Assembly (NCBI GenBank): GCA_041658255.1
Contig: JBBAAQ010000001.1
Span: 100,368-164,367 of the forward strand
DNA: 64,000 nt
Origin: Candidatus Woesearchaeota archaeon
GTDB taxonomy: Archaea; Nanobdellota; Nanobdellia; Woesearchaeales; UBA9642
Direction of reading: 5' to 3'
Positions 51,143-61,015 of the stretch are shown here, piece by piece. The notes below the pieces were generated by a model. The model worked only from the letters and a program-made list of their open reading frames with translations. It was not told where the DNA came from and did not search any database. Positions within the stretch are counted from its first letter, which is position 1. The number at the start of each line of letters is the position of its first letter. Position numbers and translations under genes: made by a program.

Positions 51143-51820
51143 TCAGAATTGATTCAGACTCTTCTGTTTCAATTTAATATTGTATGACTCAGGATTGATG
51201 ATCATGTCGTCCTTTGCAGCAAGGATTTGCGTCTTGAATGGAATGTTTTTTTCTTGGAGCAATCTCTTTATCTCTCGCGTTACTTCTAATGGATCTTTGA
51301 CATCATGAGTAAAGTTTGTTAAGATATACAGTTCAGGATTGATCTGTTGTACTAATTCTACGATTTGTTCTTTGCTTAATGTATGTTCTCTGCTCGAATA
51401 TTCGCTGATGATGATATTGGTGTCTTTCAACTCCTCAGCAAGTTTTTTCGTGTAAGTGATTGTTGTGAAGTACGTGAGCATATATTTATGTGTTTTTATC
51501 TTAAATGCTAAAGAATCAAGTTTTGTCTGGATGAAGATAATATCCTTTTTTGGTTCTGGATTCTTTGGAGTGATAAACCTTGCGTGAGATATCTTCTGGA
51601 GATATGCTGCATCATTCGTGTAGATATCGTCTTCTTCTGTCGCAAGGATGAAATCTAATTCCTCGATTTTAGCTTGAAGTTTGGCGAGTTGAATGATTGA
51701 GCCGATTCCCGGATTGATAAGAATTTTCTGTTCATTGACGAGGAGAATCCCGCCTGCACTGCGCCCCTTTTGCATACTTTGGTAATCACTTCCACTTCCT
51801 AAGAAAATGATCTGCGACAT
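51143..51820 (-). CDS. metallo-beta-lactamase-fold protein, metal motif degenerate
   Basis: IIFLGSG, GGILL, ILINPG.G; HxHxDH region replaced by TEEDDIYTND. Confidence 0.6.
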   Translation of the reverse strand: MSQIIFLGSGSDYQSMQKGRSAGGILLVNEQKILINPGIGSIIQLAKLQAKIEELDFILATEEDDIYTNDAAYLQKISHARFITPKNPEPKKDIIFIQTKLDSLAFKIKTHKYMLTYFTTITYTKKLAEELKDTNIIISEYSSREHTLSKEQIVELVQQINPELYILTNFTHDVKDPLEVTREIKRLLQEKNIPFKTQILAAKDDMIINPESYNIKLKQKSLNQF

Positions 51821-51873
51821 AATAGTTATAATCCTTCAAACTTTATTAAGATTGTTGTTGTGGAATAGGGTTA

Positions 51874-52013
51874 TTACGGATTATAGCAATTTCATGAGTG
51901 CAGTATTCATAGCAATGATTGCTGTTAAAGTCAATAATGTGTTTTTGAGTTTACTCATACTTTCTCTAGGATGTTACTATTTATAAAGTTTACTGAAGTT
52001 ACCACTAGAAAGG
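51874..52013 (-). pseudogene. internally deleted remnant of a paralogue of 52744-54204, with its promoter
   Basis: 51893-52013 repeats 54139-54259; 51874-51885 repeats that gene's last 12 nt. Confidence 0.75.
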
Positions 52014-52034
52014 AGCAACATAGAAAGATTTATA

Positions 52035-52058
52035 TATGTGTTATCACATACTTATGTG
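52035..52058. promoter_or_regulatory. probable antitoxin operator
   Basis: overlapping inverted repeats TATGTG-TTAT-CACATA and CACATA-CT-TATGTG beside the TTTATATA box. Confidence 0.5.
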
Positions 52059-52072
52059 TAAAGGTGATCATT

Positions 52073-52294
52073 ATGAGTAATATAACATTATCAATGCCAA
52101 ACGATGTTCATTTGCAGATGAAAGAATTTTCCGAAGTGCGATGGAGTGAAGTTGCGCGTAAAGCGATTATAGAAAAACTTGAAACATTGCGCATGGCTGA
52201 ATCGTTAGCGAAAAAAAGCAAACTTACAGAAAAAGATGTTCAAGATTTTAGTAAAAAAATTAATACCCTTGCTACAAAGAGGATTATGAAATGA
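52073..52294 (+). CDS. RHH-type (VapB-like) antitoxin
   Basis: MSNITLSMP..EVRWSEVARKAI; AGGTGA RBS; ATGA overlap with the PIN gene. Confidence 0.8.
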   Translation: MSNITLSMPNDVHLQMKEFSEVRWSEVARKAIIEKLETLRMAESLAKKSKLTEKDVQDFSKKINTLATKRIMK

Positions 52295-52719
52295 ATATTG
52301 TTCTAGATTCGAACATACTCTTTTCAGCACTCATTAAAAATTCTACAACTAGAAAAATAATTCTTGATTATGACGGATTCTTCCTCTTTCCATCATACAT
52401 ATTTATCGAGATGGAACATCATAAAGATGAATTATACAAAAAATCTGAACTTTCAGAAAAAGAATTCGATGATCTACTCCATTTAATTCTTTAAAAAGTA
52501 TTAATCGTACCACACGCAGTCATACAACCGCACATTAAAGAAGCAATTATTATTGCTCAACCTATCGATATCAATGATATGTTATTCATCGCATGCGCAC
52601 TCGCATATCATAAAAGCATCCTCTGGTCGAATGATAAGAGATTAAAAACACAATCAAGAATTCGCGTGTTGAATACTCGAGAAATAATTTTATATTTCCA
52701 GGAAAAACAAAAATCTTGA
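52291..52719 (+). pseudogene. PIN/VapC toxin with an in-frame TAA
   Basis: IVLDSNILFSAL..; stop at 52492-52494; same frame continues IDINDMLFIACALA..LWSNDKRL to TGA 52717-52719. Confidence 0.85.
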
Positions 52720-52743
52720 TTTTTCTTTCTAAAAAAATTAGGA

Positions 52744-54204
52744 TTACGGATTATACTTATCTCTCATCACTTGTTCTAGACTTTTATTGCTTAGTGCAGT
52801 GTATGTTGTTCCGTCATGTCTGGTGAGTATGATCATTGTTGCATTTCCGCTTGTTTTTCCGAGATAATTTTGCCAACTCGGTGCGATTTCCATTTGTTTA
52901 GTTGAGTCCCACTTTGTGTTTGGCGGATTCATGAAATGTGCTTGTAACATTGTGATATCGATTGGATTTTTGAAATCTTTACCAAGGTTTCCTACTGCCG
53001 AGTTGAATAGTCCATTATAGTCTGGATCGTCGTTTCTTCCGAAGTATGTTTCTCCTGTCATTACTTCTTTGGTTAATGAAACATCCATAGCATATAACCC
53101 GAATGTTAAATTCTCGCTTTTGAGATATGCTTGATCGTATACTGTTGCTGCTCTGTTTATTATTCCTGTTGTTGTGTTGAAGTCTACTACTGTTGCCGCT
53201 GCAAATCCTCCTGCGTCTCCAAATCCTATTTGGTGCATTCCGTTCGGCGTGTTTGGATATTCTTGTCCTGTTTCGAATTTTTTGTTTTTGAAATACGTTG
53301 TGTCGAGATTGTTTATTTTAGCGTTTTGGATGAGTGTTGCTTTTTGTTTGTATATTTCGTAGAATTGTTTTTGTACAGCATTGAGTGTATCGACTACAAA
53401 ATGTGCTGTTAATGGCTTGAGAGTTCTTACATTACCTTTTTGTGTAGGGTCCATCTTGCTTAGTTTATTATACTTTTCCATCACACTCGCAGGCATGTTT
53501 GTTTTGTCTTTTATGTATTGATCTATTGTTGTATCCTGACTGGTAGAGAATGTTGTTTGCCATCCCCAGATGTTTTGTCCTTCGATAGTCATTGTGTATT
53601 CTGTTCTTCCTGTTGTTTTTCCTAGTCGTTGTTGTTCTGTTCTCGCGTTTATTTGTTCTTGTAATGCGCGTTCTAGTGTTTGTGGGTTTTCGCGATGTAC
53701 TATTGATGTTTTTCCTGCTTTGAATTTTCCTTCTTGTTCTATAGTATATGGATATATCCCGCTGCTTACACGCGCTCCTGCATCATTTTTTTTATCCCAG
53801 TAGAGTCGGTGTCTTCCTGCGCTTTGTTCTGCATTGTAGAGTTCGCGTATTTTTTGTCCGAGTATATTGAATACTGTGATTTTTGTTTTTGCTGTTTTTG
53901 GTAGTGCGTATTCTATTGTTCCTTCTGCTGCTATTGTTTCTATTCCTGTTATTGTTTCAGTATTTTCTTTATCTTTTATTCCTGTTACGAGTAGATTATA
54001 TCGCCCTTGGTTATCTGTTCTTGTCGTCTGTGTATTAATAGGATTATTTTTTTCCGCAATAGTCACAGTCACGTAGCTTGCAGGTTTCTTGTCGAATATT
54101 GATTTGATTGTTCCATTAATATTTCTATAAGATTGTGCCATGAGCGCAGTATTCATAGCAAGAATTGCCGTCAAAATCAATAATGTATTCTTGAGTTTAC
54201 CCAT
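52744..54204 (-). CDS. secreted protein with FlgD-Ig/T9SS-CTD-like domain
   Basis: signal peptide; IEYALP..KITVFNILGQKIREL..AG....WD..ND.G.RVSSGIY. Confidence 0.75.
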   Translation of the reverse strand: MGKLKNTLLILTAILAMNTALMAQSYRNINGTIKSIFDKKPASYVTVTIAEKNNPINTQTTRTDNQGRYNLLVTGIKDKENTETITGIETIAAEGTIEYALPKTAKTKITVFNILGQKIRELYNAEQSAGRHRLYWDKKNDAGARVSSGIYPYTIEQEGKFKAGKTSIVHRENPQTLERALQEQINARTEQQRLGKTTGRTEYTMTIEGQNIWGWQTTFSTSQDTTIDQYIKDKTNMPASVMEKYNKLSKMDPTQKGNVRTLKPLTAHFVVDTLNAVQKQFYEIYKQKATLIQNAKINNLDTTYFKNKKFETGQEYPNTPNGMHQIGFGDAGGFAAATVVDFNTTTGIINRAATVYDQAYLKSENLTFGLYAMDVSLTKEVMTGETYFGRNDDPDYNGLFNSAVGNLGKDFKNPIDITMLQAHFMNPPNTKWDSTKQMEIAPSWQNYLGKTSGNATMIILTRHDGTTYTALSNKSLEQVMRDKYNP

Positions 54205-54326
54205 ACTTTCTCTAGGATGTTACTATTTATAAAGTTTACGGTTGTTACCACTAAAAAGGGACTATTTAATAACTTCTGATTTTTCTGCTTTGAAATCATT
54301 AACTATTTAAATGCGTTTCCTAAAGA

Positions 54327-57300
54327 TTGATAAAAAGTAGTGTGAGGCGGTTGATGATGAATAAACGCGTACTATATTTATTCTTTTTATTATTTATTTT
54401 AGGGATGTTATCTATTTTTATTATTCCTTATGTTTCTGCTGCTACAGCTGTTGCGGGTGATGAAGGTAGTGGTGGTGGTGGTACTTGTATTCCTACTACT
54501 TGTACTGCTTTGGGTAAGACTTGTGGTTCTTGGAGTGATGGGTGTAGCGCAACATTGAACTGTGGTACATGCAATTCTGGGTATACGTGTACGAGTGGTC
54601 AATGTGTTGCTGATGCAACTTCATGCACTACCACTGGTTGCTCTAATGGATATATTTGTGATCTTTGGGGTGGTGTATTTGCATCACCCTATTGTAGTTG
54701 TCCGAGCGGAACAGTACAAATTACTCATTATGATTATACTCTTAATAGAACGATTATTGATAGAACATATACGGGATATCAGGGGTGTAGTGTTGAAGTT
54801 TCCCCGGGTGTGTGGACTCAAATACAATGTGTAAATACTCAAACAGATAGCCAGAATTGTGGTTGGTGTGGGAATGCTTGTTCATCAGGTCTTTCCTGTG
54901 TTAGTGGTAATTGTCAATGCCCGACAGGTCAGACATTATGTAATGGTGCATGTGTAGGTACTGTTAGCGATCCTGCTAATTGTGGCAGGTGCGGCAATGT
55001 TTGTTATGCGCCTAATACGAAATGTTATTCAGGGTCTTGCGTGCAATGTATAAAAGCAATATTTGATTGTCCTGATGGACCTTATGAGTGTATAAATAAT
55101 CGATGTGTTCTACGTTGTGAAAGTCCAAATTTTTGTGGACCGGTAAATTCACTTAATACGGATTCTGATGAAGATCGCAAAGCCAATTGTGTAGGATCAG
55201 ATTGGTGTCTTTCATGCATTAACGGTTATGCTAATTGTAATGCGAATAGTGGTTGCGAGACAGACATCACTACAACAAGTAATTGTGGAAGTTGCGGGAA
55301 TGTATGTACTGCATCAAATCGTTGTCCTGCAGGTACAAGTACACTATTTTATATCTCTCCGACATGTAGTGGTACTTGCGGTACAGTATCGACTGGAAGT
55401 AGTCCATGTGCATCATCTTCATATTGTTCAAATAATATTTACTATATCCAACCCGGAGTATGTAATGGTCTGGGAACAGCATGCGCATTAGGTATAGCAC
55501 AGGCGCAACCAAGACTTGGAGAAACAAAGAGCTGTATTGATTCTTCCACACTTAGAACGACAACGTATAATACCTGTGATGCAAATGGGTATATAGGAAC
55601 ATCTAACGATGTGAATTGTCCTGTGGTTTATGGTGCTGGTTGGACTTGTCAAGTTGTTTTTGGTGTTCCCCAATGTAAGAGGCCACAAACTTTCTGGTGG
55701 AAAATGGATTCTGATGGCGATGGACATTATGTTGGTTCAGCAGTGGAAAGTAGTACATCTCCTGGAACAGGATATGTGGTTGTTTCTAGTCAAAATGTGC
55801 TAAGCGATGATTGTAATGATAATAACGCCGCTATCTATCCTGGAGCGACTGAATTATGTAATGGTGTTGATGATAATTGTGTGAATGGTGCTGATGAAAC
55901 TTTTGCACTTGGTGAAGTGTGTTCTTCTCCTGCAAATAATTGTGGCAAGACTAGTCTCGGGAATACAGTGTGTAATACTGCGCAAACTGGCGTAACTTGT
56001 AATGCTCAGAAACCTGCTGACGCATCACCTGCACCAAACACACCATATACTTCTCCTGCAAATAATTGTGGTGCTACCAATACTGGCGTATATGTATGTA
56101 ATGCAGATAAGATAAGTACCTCAGGCAATGTTCAGAAGCCTGTTGATGCTTCTCCTGCTCCGAATACTGCGTGTACTTCTGCTCCGAATAATTTAGGCGC
56201 TACTGCTTCTGGTTATTATCAATGTAGTGCTGATAAACTTTCTACTTATTGTAATGCAGTAAAGCCTGCTGATGGGTGTTCAGGCACTCCTCCAACAACA
56301 TCGTGTGGTACGTGTGGAACAATGACTGCTCTGTGTAGTGGAACAATCTGGACGTATACTGGTGCATCTTGTTCGTCTACAGGTACAACGCAACCACAAT
56401 CCTGTCTTGCAGTTAGTGGTTGTTCTGGTTCATTGACACAGACATGTACACTTCAAGGTTCGAATTATAATTGGGTTAGTGGTTCATGTTCATCATTATT
56501 AAATTATTGTGCAGGTACATGTATTGCTGCAGCATGTTGCACATTGAATTCAGAGTCATGTAATGGTGCCGACGACAATTGTAATGGTATTATTGATGAT
56601 CCTTGGAAGAGTGGTAGTCCAAAACTTGGTGATTCATACACTTCTCCTGCGAATTCTTGTGATGCAAAAAATTCTGGAACATGGGTGTGTAACAATGATG
56701 GTTCTGGAATAACAGGTAGTGTTGCTGCACCTGCAAATCCTTCTCCTGCTCCAAATACTGCTTGTACGTCTTCTGCAAATTCTTGTGGTGCGACAAATAC
56801 TGGAACATATTTATGTGCTGCTAACGGACTCTCAACTTCTTGTTCTGCTTTCGCACCTCCAAATCCTTCACTTGCTCCAGGAACTGTATGTACTTCTCTT
56901 CCCAATAATTTAGGTGCTACTGCTCAAGGTCAGTTTCAATGTAGTGCTGATAAACTTTCTACTTATTGCGATGCCATAACTCCTGCTCCTGGATGTACTG
57001 GTTCTGCGCCTACAACATCGTGTGGTACGTGTGGAACAATTACTGCTCTGTGTAGTGGAACAACATGGACGTATACTGGCGCAACTTGTTCAGCTACTGG
57101 TAATACGCAACCACAATCGTGTCTTGCAGCTAGTGGTTGTTCCGGTTCATTGACACAGACATGTACACTTCAAGGTTCTAATTATAATTGGGTTAGTGGT
57201 TCATGTTCATCATTATTAAATTATTGTGCAGGACAATGTACAAATCAATCGTGCTGTTCACTTCTTTCAGAATCGTGTAATGGTGCCGACGATAATTGTA

Positions 57301-60300
57301 ACGGTATTATTGATGATCCTTGGAAGGCTCCTGCTAATCCAAAACTTACTGATGTATGTACTGCAACAAATATTTGTGGTACAAATACTGGCGCGCAGGT
57401 CTGTACAGTTGATGGTACAGGAATAACTTGTTCTGTAACTCCTCCGGTGATGCCACTTAATTATGGGACACCTTGTAATTCTACTCCAAATAATTGTGGG
57501 ACTACAACTCCCGGAACTATAAAATGCGATGGAACATGTTCAGCGACTAAACCTCTTGATGTTGCAAGTTGTTGTGCAGGTACTCCTGCATCAAGATCAT
57601 GTACTGATCCTAATTGTGGTACTCAAACACAATTATGTTCAGGATCTGTATGGACTTATACTGGCGCATCATGCGCAGGTACTGGTGCTACAACAACACA
57701 ACCCTGCACGATCAATAGTTGTTCTGGAACGCAATCACGTAATTGTCAGTTAAGTGGTCTCTGGACAGGATGGGGTACATGCGTTGCAACTAATCCTCAA
57801 CAAGAAACCTGTAATGGCGTAGATGATAATTGTGATAGTAAGATTGATAATGAATTATCCCTTATTTCACGATCATGTACTGTTGGTAATGGTTCATGCA
57901 CGCGCACAGGAACGCAGACACAAGTATGTAATGGTATTTCTGGTCTAGGTTGGGGTGTATGTAGTGTAACACCTGGAACTCCAACAGCTGAAACATGTAA
58001 TAATATAGACGATAATTGTGATGGAACAGTTGATGAATGGCCAACATGTAATATTTGTGGCGATAATCGTTTAGGTGGTAGTGAGCAATGTGATGATGGA
58101 AATACAGTAAGCGGTGATGGTTGCAGTGCAACTTGTAGAACAGAAGGTGATGGTTCATGTAATAGTCTTTGCGGATTATTATTCCCTGCATGCCAATCAG
58201 GATTTTCTTGCGAATGGTCTGGGATAGTACAGCGTTGCAGAAATACTGCTTGTTCAACAGATTCAACATGTGGTTGTTGTACTCAATCCGGATGTAATGA
58301 TAATAATGGATGTACAACTGATGTGTGCACTACTGGTGTTGGTTGTAGTAATGCTGCACGTACTGGTGCATCATGTGGTACAAATCCTTTGGCATGTAGT
58401 GAAAATCTTGCAGTTATCAAGAATTATGCATGTAGTGCGACAGGTTCATGTGATGATGCTCTTGCATCAGACACTACAACAAATTGTGGTAATACGAATT
58501 ATTGTTCAGGATTTACTAATACATGTGTTGCATGCGCGTCTAATACTGCAAATTGTGATCAGGCTAATGCTGACTGTGAATCTCATTTATTGACTGATAT
58601 GAATAATTGTGGAACATGCGGGAATAAGTGTGGTGCAAGCCAGACATGTAGTGCAGGATCGTGTGTTACACCAGGTACATGGTATCGCGATGTTGATGGT
58701 GATGGCTACGGTACTCCTGCAAATTCAGTACTCAATCTCACTCAACCTGCAGGGTATGCAAATAATCCTGCTGATTGCAATGATAATAATTTTGCAATTA
58801 AACCGACTGCAACAGAATATTGTGACACTATAGATCAAAATTGTAATGGATTAATCGATGAAACATGTGATAAAGATGGTGATATGTATGCTGATCCTAC
58901 ACTTGCCTGTGTGGGAAGTTTTAGGGCAGGAAATGGTTTAATCTATGGTTGCGCGACTAATGGTCTTGACTGTAATGATAATTCTGCAACAACTTATCCG
59001 AATGCTCCAGAGATCTGTGGTGTCCGTGGTGGTAACGGGATCAAGGAGAATTGTGCTGCCAGCGTAGCAGATGTTGGTTGTAGTATTTGTGGTGATAAAA
59101 CCATCAATACACCCAATGGTCTTGGAGTAAATGAGGAATGTGATTATGGCTCGTGGTGTATGACAAATTTAGGAGTTAAAACTGTTTGTTCGCAAGATAC
59201 TGATTGTGCAGGGATCGGCGACGGATTATGTCTTCCGCGTGACAGTGTGAATTGTTCAGCACAATGTATGAGTACTGGTTGTGCTATCACTGGTCTTAGT
59301 ATTACTCCTATTGATTGTCAAGATAGAGCTATCGATGAAAAGATTTGTACAACAGGAAACACACTCAATATTTCGATACAATTTAGCGGCGCAGATTGCG
59401 CGAAAGCAAATATTGTACAAATAGACTACCATGATCAAAATAGAACATGTATGATTACTACTACCAGTACGCAAATTTTGGGGATAACAAAATCTTTCTT
59501 TACCGGAGGAAATGGAACATATGTATTTACCTATGTATTCCCGACAATACCTTCTTCATGTAGTGGTGCACCACTTAAACAGGCAGAAGCAGGGCTCTAT
59601 ACCGGAAACATTGCAAATATGCAAACAACATGGATTCAAAGAACAAACAGTATCGCTCCATTCCCAGGAATAAGCCCGACAGTCATACTTTATGATGCGT
59701 CACAACTCTGTACTGCAACTTGTCCGGAAGCTGCAATACTTGCAAACGAATTAGGAACATATACTGATATTGCAACTGCAGTAAAAACAAATCCTGCAGC
59801 AAAACAGAAATTTATGAACTTCCTGAAGAACGAAAATTGTTTCACGAGAAGCGCGCAAAAACTCAGAAATGCATATTGTGGTTTTGAAAAAAATACTGCT
59901 ACGAACGTCATTACTTATAAAACAAATACTACAGTAAAAATAGGGTTACCGTCACTAAAAGAAATAGAAGCGTCATGTACGATATTATATCCTATCGGAG
60001 CAGCACCAACGATTAGCGTCAGTGCAAAAGGCGGGTCTGGAACATACCATTATGCATACACATTTGGAGACGGAAAAACAGTAAATAGTACCACATCAAC
60101 TGCTACGATACCCAATGCGACACAAACGACAGGAGGATATGAACCAAGAGTTATAATAACTGATAGCAAAAGGAATACGAGAGAAATTGTTTGTCCAAAA
60201 ATTAATATAACCAGCACCGATTCATCTTCCAGAGGGTATTGTGGTGATGGAAAATTAAACGATGGTGAATATTGTGATTACGCAAACACTACAATGGTTT

Positions 60301-60530
60301 CTGGCGGAAAGAATGGGGCACTACTCATCAATTCGCGTGAACCAGGAAAAACGTCATGTGCGCAATTATTTAGTACATCAAATTATTGGAATGAACCTAA
60401 TGGCCAAACAGGATCTGCTGGCGCAGCTATCGCGCGATGTAATGATCAGTGTCAAGTGCAATGTCAATTATATGTGAGTGGTACTAATACAACAATTGTA
60501 ACGAAATCATGGAATGGAATAATGCCGTAA
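54327..60530 (+). CDS. giant cysteine-rich surface protein
   Basis: signal/TM; NCG.CGN.C repeats, DCND....PGA.E.CNGVDDNC (MopE-like) repeats, CGD...EQCDDGN..GDGCSATC (Myxococcus Cys-rich) repeats, PKD-like YTFGDG. Confidence 0.85.
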   Translation: MIKSSVRRLMMNKRVLYLFFLLFILGMLSIFIIPYVSAATAVAGDEGSGGGGTCIPTTCTALGKTCGSWSDGCSATLNCGTCNSGYTCTSGQCVADATSCTTTGCSNGYICDLWGGVFASPYCSCPSGTVQITHYDYTLNRTIIDRTYTGYQGCSVEVSPGVWTQIQCVNTQTDSQNCGWCGNACSSGLSCVSGNCQCPTGQTLCNGACVGTVSDPANCGRCGNVCYAPNTKCYSGSCVQCIKAIFDCPDGPYECINNRCVLRCESPNFCGPVNSLNTDSDEDRKANCVGSDWCLSCINGYANCNANSGCETDITTTSNCGSCGNVCTASNRCPAGTSTLFYISPTCSGTCGTVSTGSSPCASSSYCSNNIYYIQPGVCNGLGTACALGIAQAQPRLGETKSCIDSSTLRTTTYNTCDANGYIGTSNDVNCPVVYGAGWTCQVVFGVPQCKRPQTFWWKMDSDGDGHYVGSAVESSTSPGTGYVVVSSQNVLSDDCNDNNAAIYPGATELCNGVDDNCVNGADETFALGEVCSSPANNCGKTSLGNTVCNTAQTGVTCNAQKPADASPAPNTPYTSPANNCGATNTGVYVCNADKISTSGNVQKPVDASPAPNTACTSAPNNLGATASGYYQCSADKLSTYCNAVKPADGCSGTPPTTSCGTCGTMTALCSGTIWTYTGASCSSTGTTQPQSCLAVSGCSGSLTQTCTLQGSNYNWVSGSCSSLLNYCAGTCIAAACCTLNSESCNGADDNCNGIIDDPWKSGSPKLGDSYTSPANSCDAKNSGTWVCNNDGSGITGSVAAPANPSPAPNTACTSSANSCGATNTGTYLCAANGLSTSCSAFAPPNPSLAPGTVCTSLPNNLGATAQGQFQCSADKLSTYCDAITPAPGCTGSAPTTSCGTCGTITALCSGTTWTYTGATCSATGNTQPQSCLAASGCSGSLTQTCTLQGSNYNWVSGSCSSLLNYCAGQCTNQSCCSLLSESCNGADDNCNGIIDDPWKAPANPKLTDVCTATNICGTNTGAQVCTVDGTGITCSVTPPVMPLNYGTPCNSTPNNCGTTTPGTIKCDGTCSATKPLDVASCCAGTPASRSCTDPNCGTQTQLCSGSVWTYTGASCAGTGATTTQPCTINSCSGTQSRNCQLSGLWTGWGTCVATNPQQETCNGVDDNCDSKIDNELSLISRSCTVGNGSCTRTGTQTQVCNGISGLGWGVCSVTPGTPTAETCNNIDDNCDGTVDEWPTCNICGDNRLGGSEQCDDGNTVSGDGCSATCRTEGDGSCNSLCGLLFPACQSGFSCEWSGIVQRCRNTACSTDSTCGCCTQSGCNDNNGCTTDVCTTGVGCSNAARTGASCGTNPLACSENLAVIKNYACSATGSCDDALASDTTTNCGNTNYCSGFTNTCVACASNTANCDQANADCESHLLTDMNNCGTCGNKCGASQTCSAGSCVTPGTWYRDVDGDGYGTPANSVLNLTQPAGYANNPADCNDNNFAIKPTATEYCDTIDQNCNGLIDETCDKDGDMYADPTLACVGSFRAGNGLIYGCATNGLDCNDNSATTYPNAPEICGVRGGNGIKENCAASVADVGCSICGDKTINTPNGLGVNEECDYGSWCMTNLGVKTVCSQDTDCAGIGDGLCLPRDSVNCSAQCMSTGCAITGLSITPIDCQDRAIDEKICTTGNTLNISIQFSGADCAKANIVQIDYHDQNRTCMITTTSTQILGITKSFFTGGNGTYVFTYVFPTIPSSCSGAPLKQAEAGLYTGNIANMQTTWIQRTNSIAPFPGISPTVILYDASQLCTATCPEAAILANELGTYTDIATAVKTNPAAKQKFMNFLKNENCFTRSAQKLRNAYCGFEKNTATNVITYKTNTTVKIGLPSLKEIEASCTILYPIGAAPTISVSAKGGSGTYHYAYTFGDGKTVNSTTSTATIPNATQTTGGYEPRVIITDSKRNTREIVCPKINITSTDSSSRGYCGDGKLNDGEYCDYANTTMVSGGKNGALLINSREPGKTSCAQLFSTSNYWNEPNGQTGSAGAAIARCNDQCQVQCQLYVSGTNTTIVTKSWNGIMP

Positions 60531-60616
60531 GAAACTATGCAAAAACAAACTCTTCCGTTCATACACCAATAAACATATAAATACATCTACACTTGAAAGA
60601 GTAGGCACATCACCAA

Positions 60617-61015
60617 GTGCCTGAATTCGAGGTAACACTTATGGACAAAACAAATTATGCATTAATCTTGATTGTAGGAATTGTTGCAGTTGTCGGTATT
60701 GTTGCGATGATTGTGGCAACATCCTCATCAAATACTGAAGTATCTTCGAGCATCACGGGTAATGTTGTTGATGTCCCAAAAATTACTACACCAACAATGG
60801 CACAAGTCCAGTGTACTGATGGTAATGATGATACGACTGATGGTTGTGTGAATTATATGAACGCGCGATGCGGGGACGGATATCTCTACGCCGGTGTCGA
60901 ACAATGTGAGACAACAACACTGCAGGGACAATCGTGCCAGAGTTTCGGATATGCGGGCGGAGCATTGAGATGCACACAAGATTGTGTCTTTGATACGAGC
61001 GAATGTTATAATTAG
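60617..61015 (+). CDS. small membrane-anchored Cys-rich repeat protein
   Basis: TM + ITGNVV, CGDG....EQC...LQGQSCQSFGYAGGALRC..DC.FDTS.C. Confidence 0.75.
   Translation: MPEFEVTLMDKTNYALILIVGIVAVVGIVAMIVATSSSNTEVSSSITGNVVDVPKITTPTMAQVQCTDGNDDTTDGCVNYMNARCGDGYLYAGVEQCETTTLQGQSCQSFGYAGGALRCTQDCVFDTSECYN

Noticed and set aside
52492-52494. possible stop-codon recoding
   Set aside because: TAA terminates many intact genes in the window; a single nonsense mutation or error is simpler
55900-57500. periodic repeats as a possible CRISPR array
   Set aside because: In-frame coding repeats of the Cys-rich protein; no constant repeat/unique spacer pattern and no cas genes
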